40,322 nucleotides of DNA. Source: Welwitschia mirabilis (taxonomy: Eukaryota). The notes under the pieces were generated by a model. It saw only the letters and a list, made by a program, of their open reading frames with translations. It was not told where the DNA came from and did no database searches. A program made the translations under genes and the position numbers. Positions 10,713-21,687 of the stretch are shown piece by piece (position 1 is the first letter of the stretch; each line of letters begins with the position of its first letter). The DNA is taken from assembly GCA_051453625.1 (NCBI GenBank), contig JBOZIK010000001.1:17200337-17240658 (forward strand), read 5' to 3'.

Positions 10713-11918
10713 TGTTGCGACGCCAACTTAAGTATGTTTGATAGGGTATTTTAAGTTGTTTTGCAGGTAAACTAACAGATAAGTGCTCAGTTTCTATGAC
10801 AATTGAGAATTCAGGAGCACAAGACAAAAACATGTAGTTTATCATATAATTTATGAAGATTTCATATAGATATAGATAAATTGTATTTTCAGATGATTAT
10901 TCTAGCAAACAACCAGATATCAGAGTGACAAAGAATGAGTAGAAGACTGTCGTCCCCTATGTCGTCCAGACGACATTCAGGATGACAACCCTAATTCAAA
11001 AGATCACAAACTTAATTCTAGAAGACTTGCACTTGAAGTGAACATCTTATCATCAGACTCCATTGTCCACCTAATCGTCCAGATGACATCAGTGGATGAC
11101 ATCTTCAATTCCAGTCGACAACAATTTGCATGAAGATCATAGATAGTTAAACTGGAAGCAAACTAGATAACTCATTGTAAAACCCTATCATCCCCTCCAT
11201 CGTCTGGACGACCACCTGGACGATACTGCCTTCTAATACTTTTACACATTGTATTCCCGAGTTGTCGCTTGTTAATTGCGACTTTCCCTTTCTTGTTCGC
11301 TAGAGTTTCTATTATACTTTTCTACTAGTCCTTTTCTCCTTTTTTGCCTATAAATAAAGGTCTCCCCCTCGATCCCTAATCATCTTCGACAGTACCTGGC
11401 ATTCTCATGATAAGAGATCTTGAGACCGGAGAACCATCTTGTAATCCATAGAGATGTTACCTTATTGTTGGATGGCGTATCCTCCTTTAAGGAATGGAGA
11501 CTTTGTGATACAGATGCACTTTTACATTTCAACATGAATTACTCTTTTTAATTGCAGGAACTTATCCCTCATAGTTTATGTTATTCTAGATTTGTGATAG
11601 GTTTCTTTAATTATATAGATTATGAGGGTAGCCTTCGTTAAGATTGAGCTTAATTAGATTAGGTGCATTGCTGTTTCTTTTCATAGATTAGTTTGCATTA
11701 GCATCTTTTATTTCCATGCACTGCAATTTAAATTAATAGATTAAAGTTAAATATTTGTCTTTGAAATCAAATCTTTATTATCCATACCATTGGCCTTCGA
11801 TGGAATTACGACATTTGGATCACTTCTTCTATACTAGTGTGTTGTATTTTGCATTTTATTTATAATTAACAGGATTGAATTTGAAGCATGAAACATTGCA
11901 CAAATACACACTGCAATA
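10713..11918 (+). repeat. Family A solo LTR (~1.2 kb), CpG-rich, no target-site duplication
   Basis: TGTTGCG...TGCAATA termini; homologous to 27951-29043 and, inverted, to 18604-19683. No PPT before and no PBS after. Flanks are GTGTC and GGAAT. Confidence 0.9.
11349..11356 (+). promoter_or_regulatory. LTR TATA box
   Basis: CCTATAAATA in mid-LTR, typical of plant LTR promoters; degraded in the other copies. Confidence 0.6.
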
Positions 11919-12536
11919 GGAATACTAAGAGTCTAAGAAATAAGAAATGCCTCTAATGATACCAAAAATACCACTGATCCTATAGCCTCAAAGTTTATTA
12001 CAACTTTTTTCATAATAAAGGAAGTGCAACCACTATCATCGGAGTAGAAACCTATGAAGCATGACCAACTAACCCCCAAGTGGAGTTCCATAGCTACTAA
12101 CACTATCAATGTTTTCTTTTAGAAAAATTTATCCTAGTGTGATAGAACATTATGACACCAATGTATTTTTTTTTTTGAAGTATAAAACATAATAGATCAT
12201 AGTCATTATTTATTTTTTTTTAAAAAAAATTCCCATATGATGACACACTCAAAAAGATGAAGCTGAATAAATGAGATAAAAGATAGAAAAGAATACTCTC
12301 AAACAATTTAAAACCTTAATACCATTAAAAAAGGAATAAAAAACGAATGCTTCTTCATTCAAATAATATTCATATACATGGGAATATCTTAAGATTGGAT
12401 GAATTCAATCTTACCATTGTAAATACCCAAGTATAAATACTAGTTATAAAAATTCATAAAGTAATATATAAGTCAAGTTTGAAAGATAATCAGGTAATAT
12501 CATAATATCAACCCAAGAAGTAGGCTAAGAAAGAAC

Positions 12537-15500
12537 TCAGATAGGGAGGAAGTCCTCCTCATCAAGGGGAACCTCTAAAATAAGTGCTTCTATCATATTC
12601 ACAATTGCATCTAAAGGTCCTTTATATAATTTCACCTATTATCCAGTAACCTTCTGAATATCTCTAGTCTTTAGGTCTAAAATCTTAACTAAGCTATTAG
12701 GATGCACTTTCTCTATAAGGTAAGAATCTAACCATTTAGAGGTCAACTTCTTATTCAAAAAATTAATGCTACTATTATTTAACAAGAAACGTTAACTATG
12801 TTTAAACTTTTTATGAAATGTCTTTTTATCATTTTGAACTTTACTTGGAATTTATAGATTGATGATGTATGGCACAAATTCTTTTTTATTAAGATGGTTT
12901 AATTGGGCTAATCTATATTTAAGGTTTTCATGAAAATCTACAAAATTAAGTTAATGAGATGCATGATAAGAATTATAACATACATTAATAGGTAATACAT
13001 AAACTTTATCATACATAAGTTCATAAATTAAAAAACTAAGAGAAGTACATCAAGTATGGTAAGCACAAAGTATATGATATAGTTTAGAGGTCCAAGACTT
13101 TTTATTAATAAAGATACATTTTTATAACATTTTCTTTATTTCTTTATTAGAATTTTCAAATTATCTATTAGTCTATGAATGATGAGCATAATATACTATA
13201 TGTTTTATACCAATAAACAAAAAAAGTTTTCTAAAAATCTGATTAATGAAATAAGTACTCTGATAACTAATGATAAATCTAGGAAAACCAAATCTCTAAA
13301 AGATATGAGTTTTATAAAAATAATAAATAGTTTAGACATCATTCAAAGAAGTAGGTATAGCTTCAACCAATTTAATCACATAATCCATAGTTACTAAAAT
13401 ACAATTCTTATCAAAAGATGATGAATGAATAGTGCTTATGAAATCAATACCCCAATAATCAAAAGGCTTACACTTAAGAGTAGGTTTGAGGGGCATTTCT
13501 TATAAATGAATAAGGCTACCATAATGCTGACAAGGATTATAGCTTCTAGAAAAATCAAAAGAATCACAAAAAAAGAGTCAGCCACTAAAAACTAGAATGA
13601 AGTATTTTTATTGTTGTTTTGTGTCCACTAAAAGTGTCCTCCATAAACACCACCATGATAAAGATGAAGAATTTTAGGTATTTCCCAATTAGACACATAT
13701 TTTATCATGATTTGGTCTTTACACCTATGATACAAATGTGGCTCTATCTATTCATAGTAACCTATTCTATAAAAAACGAATTTTCATTAATTATAGACCT
13801 AATGTTGTAGTGTTTTCATGATTACAAGATAGTTAACATTGTTCACATAGTAAGGAGGAGGATAAGAAGAAGATACAATGAAAAGCTACTCATCATAAAA
13901 TGAATCATCAATAATAGAATCATATGGAGGAGGAAAAAAATGAGATAAGTGATGATTAATAGAATTATACTTTCTTACTTTATCTATGATGGTCAAGTTA
14001 AACTCTTGCATAAGAAGGATCTATATAATCAAACATGCACTAGAATCTTTCTTAGTCATGAGGTAATAAATGGCATCATGATCAGTGTAAATATTTATAT
14101 GAAAGCCAAAAAGATAATGTCTAAGAGAATAAAGGCAAAAGAAAATGGGAAGCATCTCTTTTTCTATAGTGGTATCATTAATTTGAGCTCTAGATAAAGA
14201 TTTGCTATGATAAGATATAACAGAAAAATTATTTTCATATTTTTAACAAAGAATTCCACCTATTGCAAAATTACTCACATCATGCATGAATTCAAAATAT
14301 TTTTCTAATTAGGTCCTACTACTATAGGAGTATAAGAAATTTTACATTTAATCCTATTAAAATAAAGTTGACAAGATTTGTTTCATTCAAATTGGACTTC
14401 TTTCTCTAGTAATAAGTGAAAGCGTTTACAAATATTAACATGATCATGAATGAACTGATGATAAAAATCACAATAACCAAGAAAAGATTTAATTTTTTTA
14501 ACATTTGTAATGGGACTTACGTTTTGAATAATGTCTACCTTTAAATTTTCCATCTTAATCCTCTCTTTCTAGATATAGTGACCTAAAACAACTCCACTTT
14601 CTTTAAGAAATAAATTCTTTTCCCAAGTTAAGTGTAGGCCACTAGAAATACAATGATTAAGGGCTTTCTATAATTAATTTAAAATTTTTTTAAACATTTC
14701 AGCATAATAGAGGAGTCATCAATAAAAATATCAATAGAATCCTTAAGCATATCAGAAAAAATTCCCATCATATCATACTAAAAAGTAGCAGGAGCATTAC
14801 AAAGACTAAAAGGCATGTAACTAAAATCAAAAGTACCAAAAAGAGAAGTAAAAGTGGTTTTGGCTTGATCCTCACTAGCAATGTAAACTTGGTTGTAACT
14901 ATTATAACTACCAAAAAAATAGTAAAATGCATAACCCTTAATGCTCTTAAGAATATAATAAGAAAAGGTAAAAGAGAGTGGTCTTTTTTAGTTACCTCAC
15001 TTAGTTTTCTAAAGTCTATACACATTCTTCATTTCCCATATTTTTGAAGGACTACCATTAAGGGACTAGTCCACTTACTATTAACAATTAAATAAATAAT
15101 TTTACCATTTATTAATTTTATAATTTCATTTTTACAATTTGTTTAAGTATTAAATTGAGTTTACATTAGGGTTGTCTCATAGGTTTAGCATTTTTCTTTA
15201 AGGTAGATTTTATGTTGAATAATGGGAGTAGATATGGCTATTAAATCATTATGGGACCAAGCAAATGAATTTACCTTAGATTATATAAGAGAGACTAGAC
15301 TCAATTCTTATTAAGGGGTAATATTTTTGTTGATGATCAAAGGTTTATTTAGGTTACTATTTAGGAAAATGTTTTTTAGTCCACTGTCTAAAGATTTCAC
15401 ATTCAAATTTAAGCTCAGATTCTTATTTTCTATAAATTTTAGAAAAATAGACTATCATCTCAGAGTATTATCTAGATGTTAGTAGTGGATGACCATCCTT

Positions 15501-18160
15501 AAAATTAGAAATCTTAAGTCTACTAAATTCTTGAAATTCTACATAATTAATAGACTTAGACTCTCTACTCTCTAGATGGAAAAATTTAGTTTTTATACGA
15601 TCTAAATTAAGTTGATCTTCAAAAACATAGAAGTTGTTTACTTTCAATTTATTATCAAACAAGGTTGATTTGTGAAGCATAGAACATTTTTCCTTAAGTG
15701 GATAGTGCTATAAAAATAGTGTTGGCTTAATTTCTTCCTCCACACTCAAATTGTTTTTTAAGTATTTTTTGCCATATTAAAAACTCTTATTCAAACTTTT
15801 TATTTCTAAAATAAAATTCCATCAAATTAGTTCTTGTATTTATAATACAATTGGGTATTAGAAAAAAATCTCTACCTAGAAGTAAAGGATATCATCTATT
15901 GTGCTTAACTTCTATAATGACAACATCAATGTGGTAGACATCTTCTTCTATCTAAATAATCAAATCCTTAATCACACCTAATGGTTTCTTCACAAATGAA
16001 TCAACTAGTTTTAAGATAATTTGTAGATTCTCCTCTTGTTTTATAACCTAAATTTATGATAAATATGTAAGGGCATGATGTCAACACTAGCTCCAATATT
16101 AATCAAGGCTTTGCTTATCCTACGGTTTCCTTCTAAAGTAACACTTAGATCTTTAAACTTTAGACATTTTAGAAAACTAAGTTATTAATAGATTGAGCTA
16201 GAAAAACTTTGTTAGGATGGTATGCTTTCCCTTTCTTCTAATAAAGTCTTTTCATAGCTTGAAATATGTTGGGTTTTCTTGTAAAATTTATTAAAATGAC
16301 AGGTTGATGCTCATATTTTTCATTAATTCTTTTATATGATGATAAAAATAGAATTTATGTTAAGCTAATCAAGCCATGGTGTAGTAGGTATTTTACGTAA
16401 GGAATTTTTCTTTTTTTTTGCTTAATAAAGAAGGAATAGAATGTTTTTTAAAGATTTCTCTGTCTTCTTCTTCATCATTTTTATTACTTTGTGATGTTGA
16501 AGCCTCATGGGTGAGAGGAATTGTGTCATTTTCACTTCTTGTCACCATCTTACAATATTTTCTAACTTCTTTTGGACTTGGTAAATATTGAGTGGCAAGC
16601 GAACTTTATTGTAGGATACTCACAAGATTTTCAATGATTGTGTTTATCTTTTTAATTTTTAAGTTTGTGTTTTCTTATGATTTTCTCAACTCCTTAATGA
16701 AATTCCTAAGAGGATCACTTTGGTTTTGGGAGTTGGATGAGCTTGCTAAGTTATTTACGTTATTACATTGAAAGTTCATGTTCTTAAATCTTTTCTTAAA
16801 AGGTTGAAAGTTAGGAGGTTTTCTTGAAAATTTTTGAAGTTGGGGTTTTTACTTTTCCTAGGTTGAAATTTGTTATGATTTTAGAATTGTCTTTGATTTT
16901 GGTTTTTGTTGTAGTTTGAGGAGCTTTAGTTAAAAGCAATACTTCCTCATAAATTATCTCTTTGTAATTTAGAAGTAAAGGACATTATTTGGTAATATGA
17001 TAACTATCCTCACATAAATCATAGGTAGGAACTACAACTTCACTCTTCCTAGTTGCCATCTTAGCATTAAAAAACATTTGTGTTACTTTTCTAAGGTTGA
17101 AGTAAAATCCTTTATTATAATTGATGGATTTATTTTTAGCTCTTATTTTATTTTTTTTCACATTTTACCTTCTTTATATCTTTAGTGATTTGGCCTATGA
17201 TTCGAATTTCTCTAGGTGAGAATTTAGGCCATGTTTGACTTACTTCTACCAAATATTCCAACACTTTTAAAACATCTTCCAAGGTTTGGTTTAATAAGTT
17301 ACCTTTACATGAAAAATTTATAAGTTACTTTATCTAATTATTTAATCCATTATAAAAGTATTCTACTAGTTCTAACTATGAAAAGTTATCTATAGGATTT
17401 AAATGTAAAGCAATAAAGAATCTCTCATACACAGAGACATACTCTTCATTAGGCAATTGTTGGAAGTTGATAACTTCTTTCTTATGTTTTTAGATCATGG
17501 TTTCACTTATAAATCTCTTGATAAAGGCTTTTTAAACTTGATTTTAAGATTTTGAGCTTTTATGGTGAATCATTCTTAGCCATATTTTAGCCTTATCTTA
17601 TAAAGTTATGAGGAAGATGACCATGTAGGTTCTATCACTTATGCATTTTTTTACTATTTTTAAAAGTGAGAACTAATTGTTTTATATCGACAATGTGTTT
17701 CAATGGATCCTCATAGGATTCATCACTTAAATTAGTATATCTATTTATGTTTCATAGTTCAACATTATCACCAAGAGGTAGGTCAAAGGGAGTTTGTATT
17801 TCACATTTCTTATTTGCAATAAGATCTCTAAGGGTGACATGGGCATTGGTATGTATAAAAGTGGTTGTAGGGATTCCAATAACAAAGGATGAATTTGGTA
17901 AGATAGGTTGATTTGACTTTTGGGATGAGGTAGATATGGTTGAAAATGAGAAATCTTTATTTAAAAAATCATCTAAAAAAATTTCTTTAGTTAAATCAAA
18001 CTCGACAAAAATGGAAGTAGATATCATAGGAATTTTTAAATATTAGGTACCTTTGTTGTGTTCACCTAAATTATTTTCCAGGTCTTTCAAATATTCTCAG
18101 ATTTTTTTTTCAATAAACAACCACTCTCTTTAGTTATTTTTTTAACTATATTTTACCATA
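12537..18160 (-). pseudogene. gag-pol polyprotein, many stops and frameshifts
   Basis: KALINIGASVDIMP (~16112-16070), MCIDFRKLSEVTKKDH (ORF 15025), DIFIDDS (~14732-14712) and integrase PFDYWGIDF (~13467-13440). Confidence 0.92.
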
Positions 18161-18603
18161 CATGCTCAGTATTGGATGCATAGAGTGTCATCCATGAAGT
18201 CATCTTGATGACAAAAATACAAAAATCATAAATAAGAAAAAAGTAGAAAATAGAAATGAAAAACTAATAGATACAAAAAACTCTAAAATCAGACTATCGT
18301 ACACTTGAGTCATCTAGACGATAGAGGGAATGAGGGGAAAAACCCTAAAAAAGCTTTTAACAAAAACAGAAATAGAAAACTTATGACATAGAAGTCATTA
18401 TCATCACACATCATCTGGATAATAAAATAAATAACTAACTTTTTATTACAAAACAGAGGGAAAAATTTTATTTGAAAATAGAAAAACTAATAGTATGAAA
18501 AAAAAAGCTACACTACTATAGATAATAATATACCACTATTGTAGGTAATCACCCAAACCAAAATACCTATTAGAGAAAAGACAACTCTCAAACTCTAAAC
18601 AAT

Positions 18604-19683
18604 TTTTATAGTGTGTATTTATGTAATGTTACATCCTTAGTAAACTTAAATCCTATCAATCACAAATATTTACACAAACACAATACATTAATATAGACAG
18701 GAGTGATCTAAATGTCATAATCCATCAAAGGCCAAAGTAGAAAATAAGAGAGTTACTTTCCACAAAGAAAATATTTGTATTATAACTACAAAAATAACTT
18801 GTAATACATGAAAGTAAAATGTAGTACACTCATGTAAATCCAATCTAAGAAAAGAAAATAATAATACATATAACCTAAATCAACCATATGTAACCTTGAG
18901 AAACATTGCCCTCATAACCTATATCACTAGAGAAACTATCACCAGATCAAAAGTAACATGCATTGAAATCATAAAAGGAAAGTTTTATATTAAGTTTTGA
19001 ACCACATCTGTGTTACAAATTAGCAACATCTTAATGGAGGATACACCATTCAAGACTAAGAAAAAATTCTCTCTACAACTATAAGGATGGATCTTTGGCC
19101 TTTTGATCTCTTATCAAGAGAATTTTAAGTGTAAATAAAGATGAGTAGGAGTTGAGGACAAGATTACTATTTATTGATACATAAGAACATAAGAAAATAG
19201 ATAGAAAGGCACAGGTAGAATTGAAATGATTAAGTGAGAAGAAATAAACACACATGTGATAGAAGTTAGTTGAATGTTCAGTGCAGGTATTATAATTGTG
19301 TCATCTAGAAGGTTGTCCAGATAATGGAAGAGACAATACCATCTCATAATTAATCTATACTAGTTGTTAGATATATCACAATTAGCATCTCTATTGGCAT
19401 TAATTGTTTTTTTTTCTATATAATCATATAGATGATGAGGTGGTTGATGGCCTCTTACAATTCTTCAATCAATAAATTAGTCTCAATGTGTTGTGGAAAG
19501 TTAATCAGAAATGTAAAGTTTTTAGATTTACTCAAAATGCTATAAGTCATCATGGAAATTTGATGTTTTCATCTCTTTCATCTCAACTCTCCATTATTTT
19601 GGCAATTAAGCATTTACCTGTTTATTAACTTGCAAAACAACTTAGAATACACTATCAAATATGTGTAAGTTGGTAGTGCAACA
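18604..19683 (-). repeat. Family A 5' LTR
   Basis: Minus strand begins TGTTGCACTACCAACTTA at 19683 and aligns along its length with 27951-29043. Confidence 0.88.
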
Positions 19684-20484
19684 AATGCTCATATTAAACT
19701 TGCCCACATTGCAATTTGAATCCATTGACCACACTAGCCAAACTTTTGCAATTAGTAAATATAATTTTGTGCTCAAACAAGATTTTGCATTAAACCCTAA
19801 AAGATTCATCCTTAATTTATGCTTAAACATAACTAGAAAAAAATAAGAGAGTCACAAAAATCTTTTTACAATGGCTAGACTTGATATTGAAATATGAAAT
19901 TTCTTTAAATCTATTGCAACAAAGAATTTTAATATCTTTACTTGTCTCAATTAGCATTAAGCTTATAAAAGATAATGTGAAAACTGAGAGATTAATGTAA
20001 AGTACAATATTAATATCCATCAAATAAATAGCAAATCGATGGCTTATAGGTATGAATTATAAACGAATATAAAGAATAAAGATTAATACAAATGAATTGA
20101 ATAAAAAATGTAAGATGATATTAATGAAAAAGATAATAAAAATATAAACATTAAGTTCTACAAAAATAAAATACAAGAATTTAGTAACCTTAAGATGAAG
20201 TTTACCAATGGTTAAATGCAAGTTTATTTGGTTGAATCTAGCATTTGATTTTAGCTTTGAAGTTTGTGCATAAGCTTATCTAACTCATTTCCAATGACTC
20301 AAGCACCACCATTTTTAATGTTCTAGCTGGTGAAAGAAATCCTATTTTATTCATGATAAAACTCCATCTTTGAATACAAACATAAGTTAATCTTCATTCC
20401 TTGTCAAGGTTCACCTATTTATGCAGAAAAGGTCTTATGATTTACAATTATCTAATAAAGTAGTGTAAGAATGCCAATGGATTA

Positions 20485-20667
20485 AACTGTAATCCTCATG
20501 CCTTTCTATTCCTTTACCATTTCTTTAGCAATATCCTCTCTAATCTTCTTCAAAGAAAGTTTAAGGAGGCTGATCTTTCAAGCTAGATAAGAGGTGGCTC
20601 TAATGTTTCCTCCTATGAATCTTATAGAAAATTCTATAGGCTAAGATGGATCGAAATTTGGTGGCAT
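20485..20667 (-). pseudogene. RPL12: 60S ribosomal protein L12 (uL11) N-terminal fragment, 61 codons
   Basis: MPPNFDPS*PIEFSIRFIGGNIRATSYLA*KISLLKLSLKKIREDIAKEMVKE*KGMRITV aligns without gaps to plant RPL12 as I recall it ([61 protein letters not shown]). Three in-frame stops. Confidence 0.93.
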
Positions 20668-20782
20668 CTTTATGAATGTAAATGTTCTTTTAATTCTATT
20701 ATTTTATCTTTTGATCCATAGTGATAGAAACTTACTGCCATTAAAGTCCATTTTCAAATGTCTTATATAATAATTTTTTAAT

Positions 20783-20993
20783 TAAAGGTTTTTAAGGAAT
20801 TTATATATACTAAATGCCTTAAAATAGCTCTAATTATTAAGGTATCCTTCTAATAAATTACCTAACAATAGATTCTAAAAGGCATTTAAGTTTTTTGTAT
20901 AAAAAACACCTTAAAAGGATTTCATTTAGGTTTTATTTAAGGTAATAATTTTACTTGAGGCATTTACTAAAATAAATTCTTCAAAAATCTTTA
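20783..20993. mobile_element. Possible hAT-type MITE (~210 bp)
   Basis: Imperfect 15-bp TIR (TAAAGGTTTTTAAGG vs reverse complement TAAAGATTTTTGAAG, 12/15); 8-bp flanks TTTTTAAT and TTTCTAGT; internal AGGCATTT/AAATGCCT motifs. The low-complexity context weakens the call. Confidence 0.35.
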
Positions 20994-20998
20994 TTTCT

Positions 20999-21450
20999 AG
21001 TAGTACATCCACTTACGAATAAAGTAGTAGCACCTGAATGAAGGATACTTAGTGCAACACTGAGGTAATCTTTTCTTTGTAGCTAATGGATGGATATCTT
21101 ATCCTTCAATCTTATATTACAAAAATATCCCATACAAAAGATGAAAATGGAAGTAAAGATAAAGGAAGGTATTTATAGTTTTATATTCAAGTTCTAGAAG
21201 AAAAGTGCTAAAATTTAGAGAAAAAATTCTAATAACCTACATGGGTTACATGACCCCATTAAAAAGATAATTCACTTCTATTCATACAAAATAGTTCTTG
21301 TCTTATCTGTCATGGGGATAATACTTGGGATGATACTTCACAAGAAGAGATAAGTCATCAGCTTTAAGCCTTATAATCAACTTTATATCTTTATTCCATC
21401 TTAGTAGTGCTATCATCCTAAGTATTGTGGAAATGATAGAGGGCACGACA
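20999..21450 (-). repeat. Possible short solo LTR of another family
   Basis: Minus strand starts TGTCGTGCCC at 21450 and has CTATAAATAC at ~21178-21169. The other terminus is poorly preserved; candidate flanks TTTCT and TGTCT. Confidence 0.35.
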
Positions 21451-21687
21451 TGTCTCTTTATCTTTTTAGCTTAAGATAAATTAGTCTTTTGCATTATTGA
21501 TATTTCCTTTAAAAAATGAAGTATTACAATATGCCTGAAAAGCCTTCAAATGTGTTAATAATTACATGTATTATTCATTATCTCATTGATTCTCCATAAT
21601 CATTAGAATTACATTTAAACCTATATAAATATACTACAAAAGTACTTAAAATATCCCATTGAAATGCTATAAATTGGCATTGTAACA

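Larger units (their letters stand above)
11919..19683 (-). mobile_element. Family A Athila-like LTR retrotransposon, 3'-truncated
   Basis: Collinear inverted homolog of 27951-~35740: LTR, leader, gag, PR, RT, RH, INT and post-pol region, cut off at the solo LTR. Confidence 0.92.

Noticed and set aside
10948..11225. Spaced palindromic repeats as a CRISPR-like array
   Set aside because: The context is a eukaryotic LTR, the units are degenerate, the spacers are conserved between LTR copies, and there are no cas-like genes.
13179..14197. Short plus-strand ORFs (similarly 19642-20023, 23255-23437, 31064-31261, 33788-34045, 36703-37321)
   Set aside because: These are antisense shadows of pol or chance ORFs in AT-rich DNA, with no recognisable motifs.
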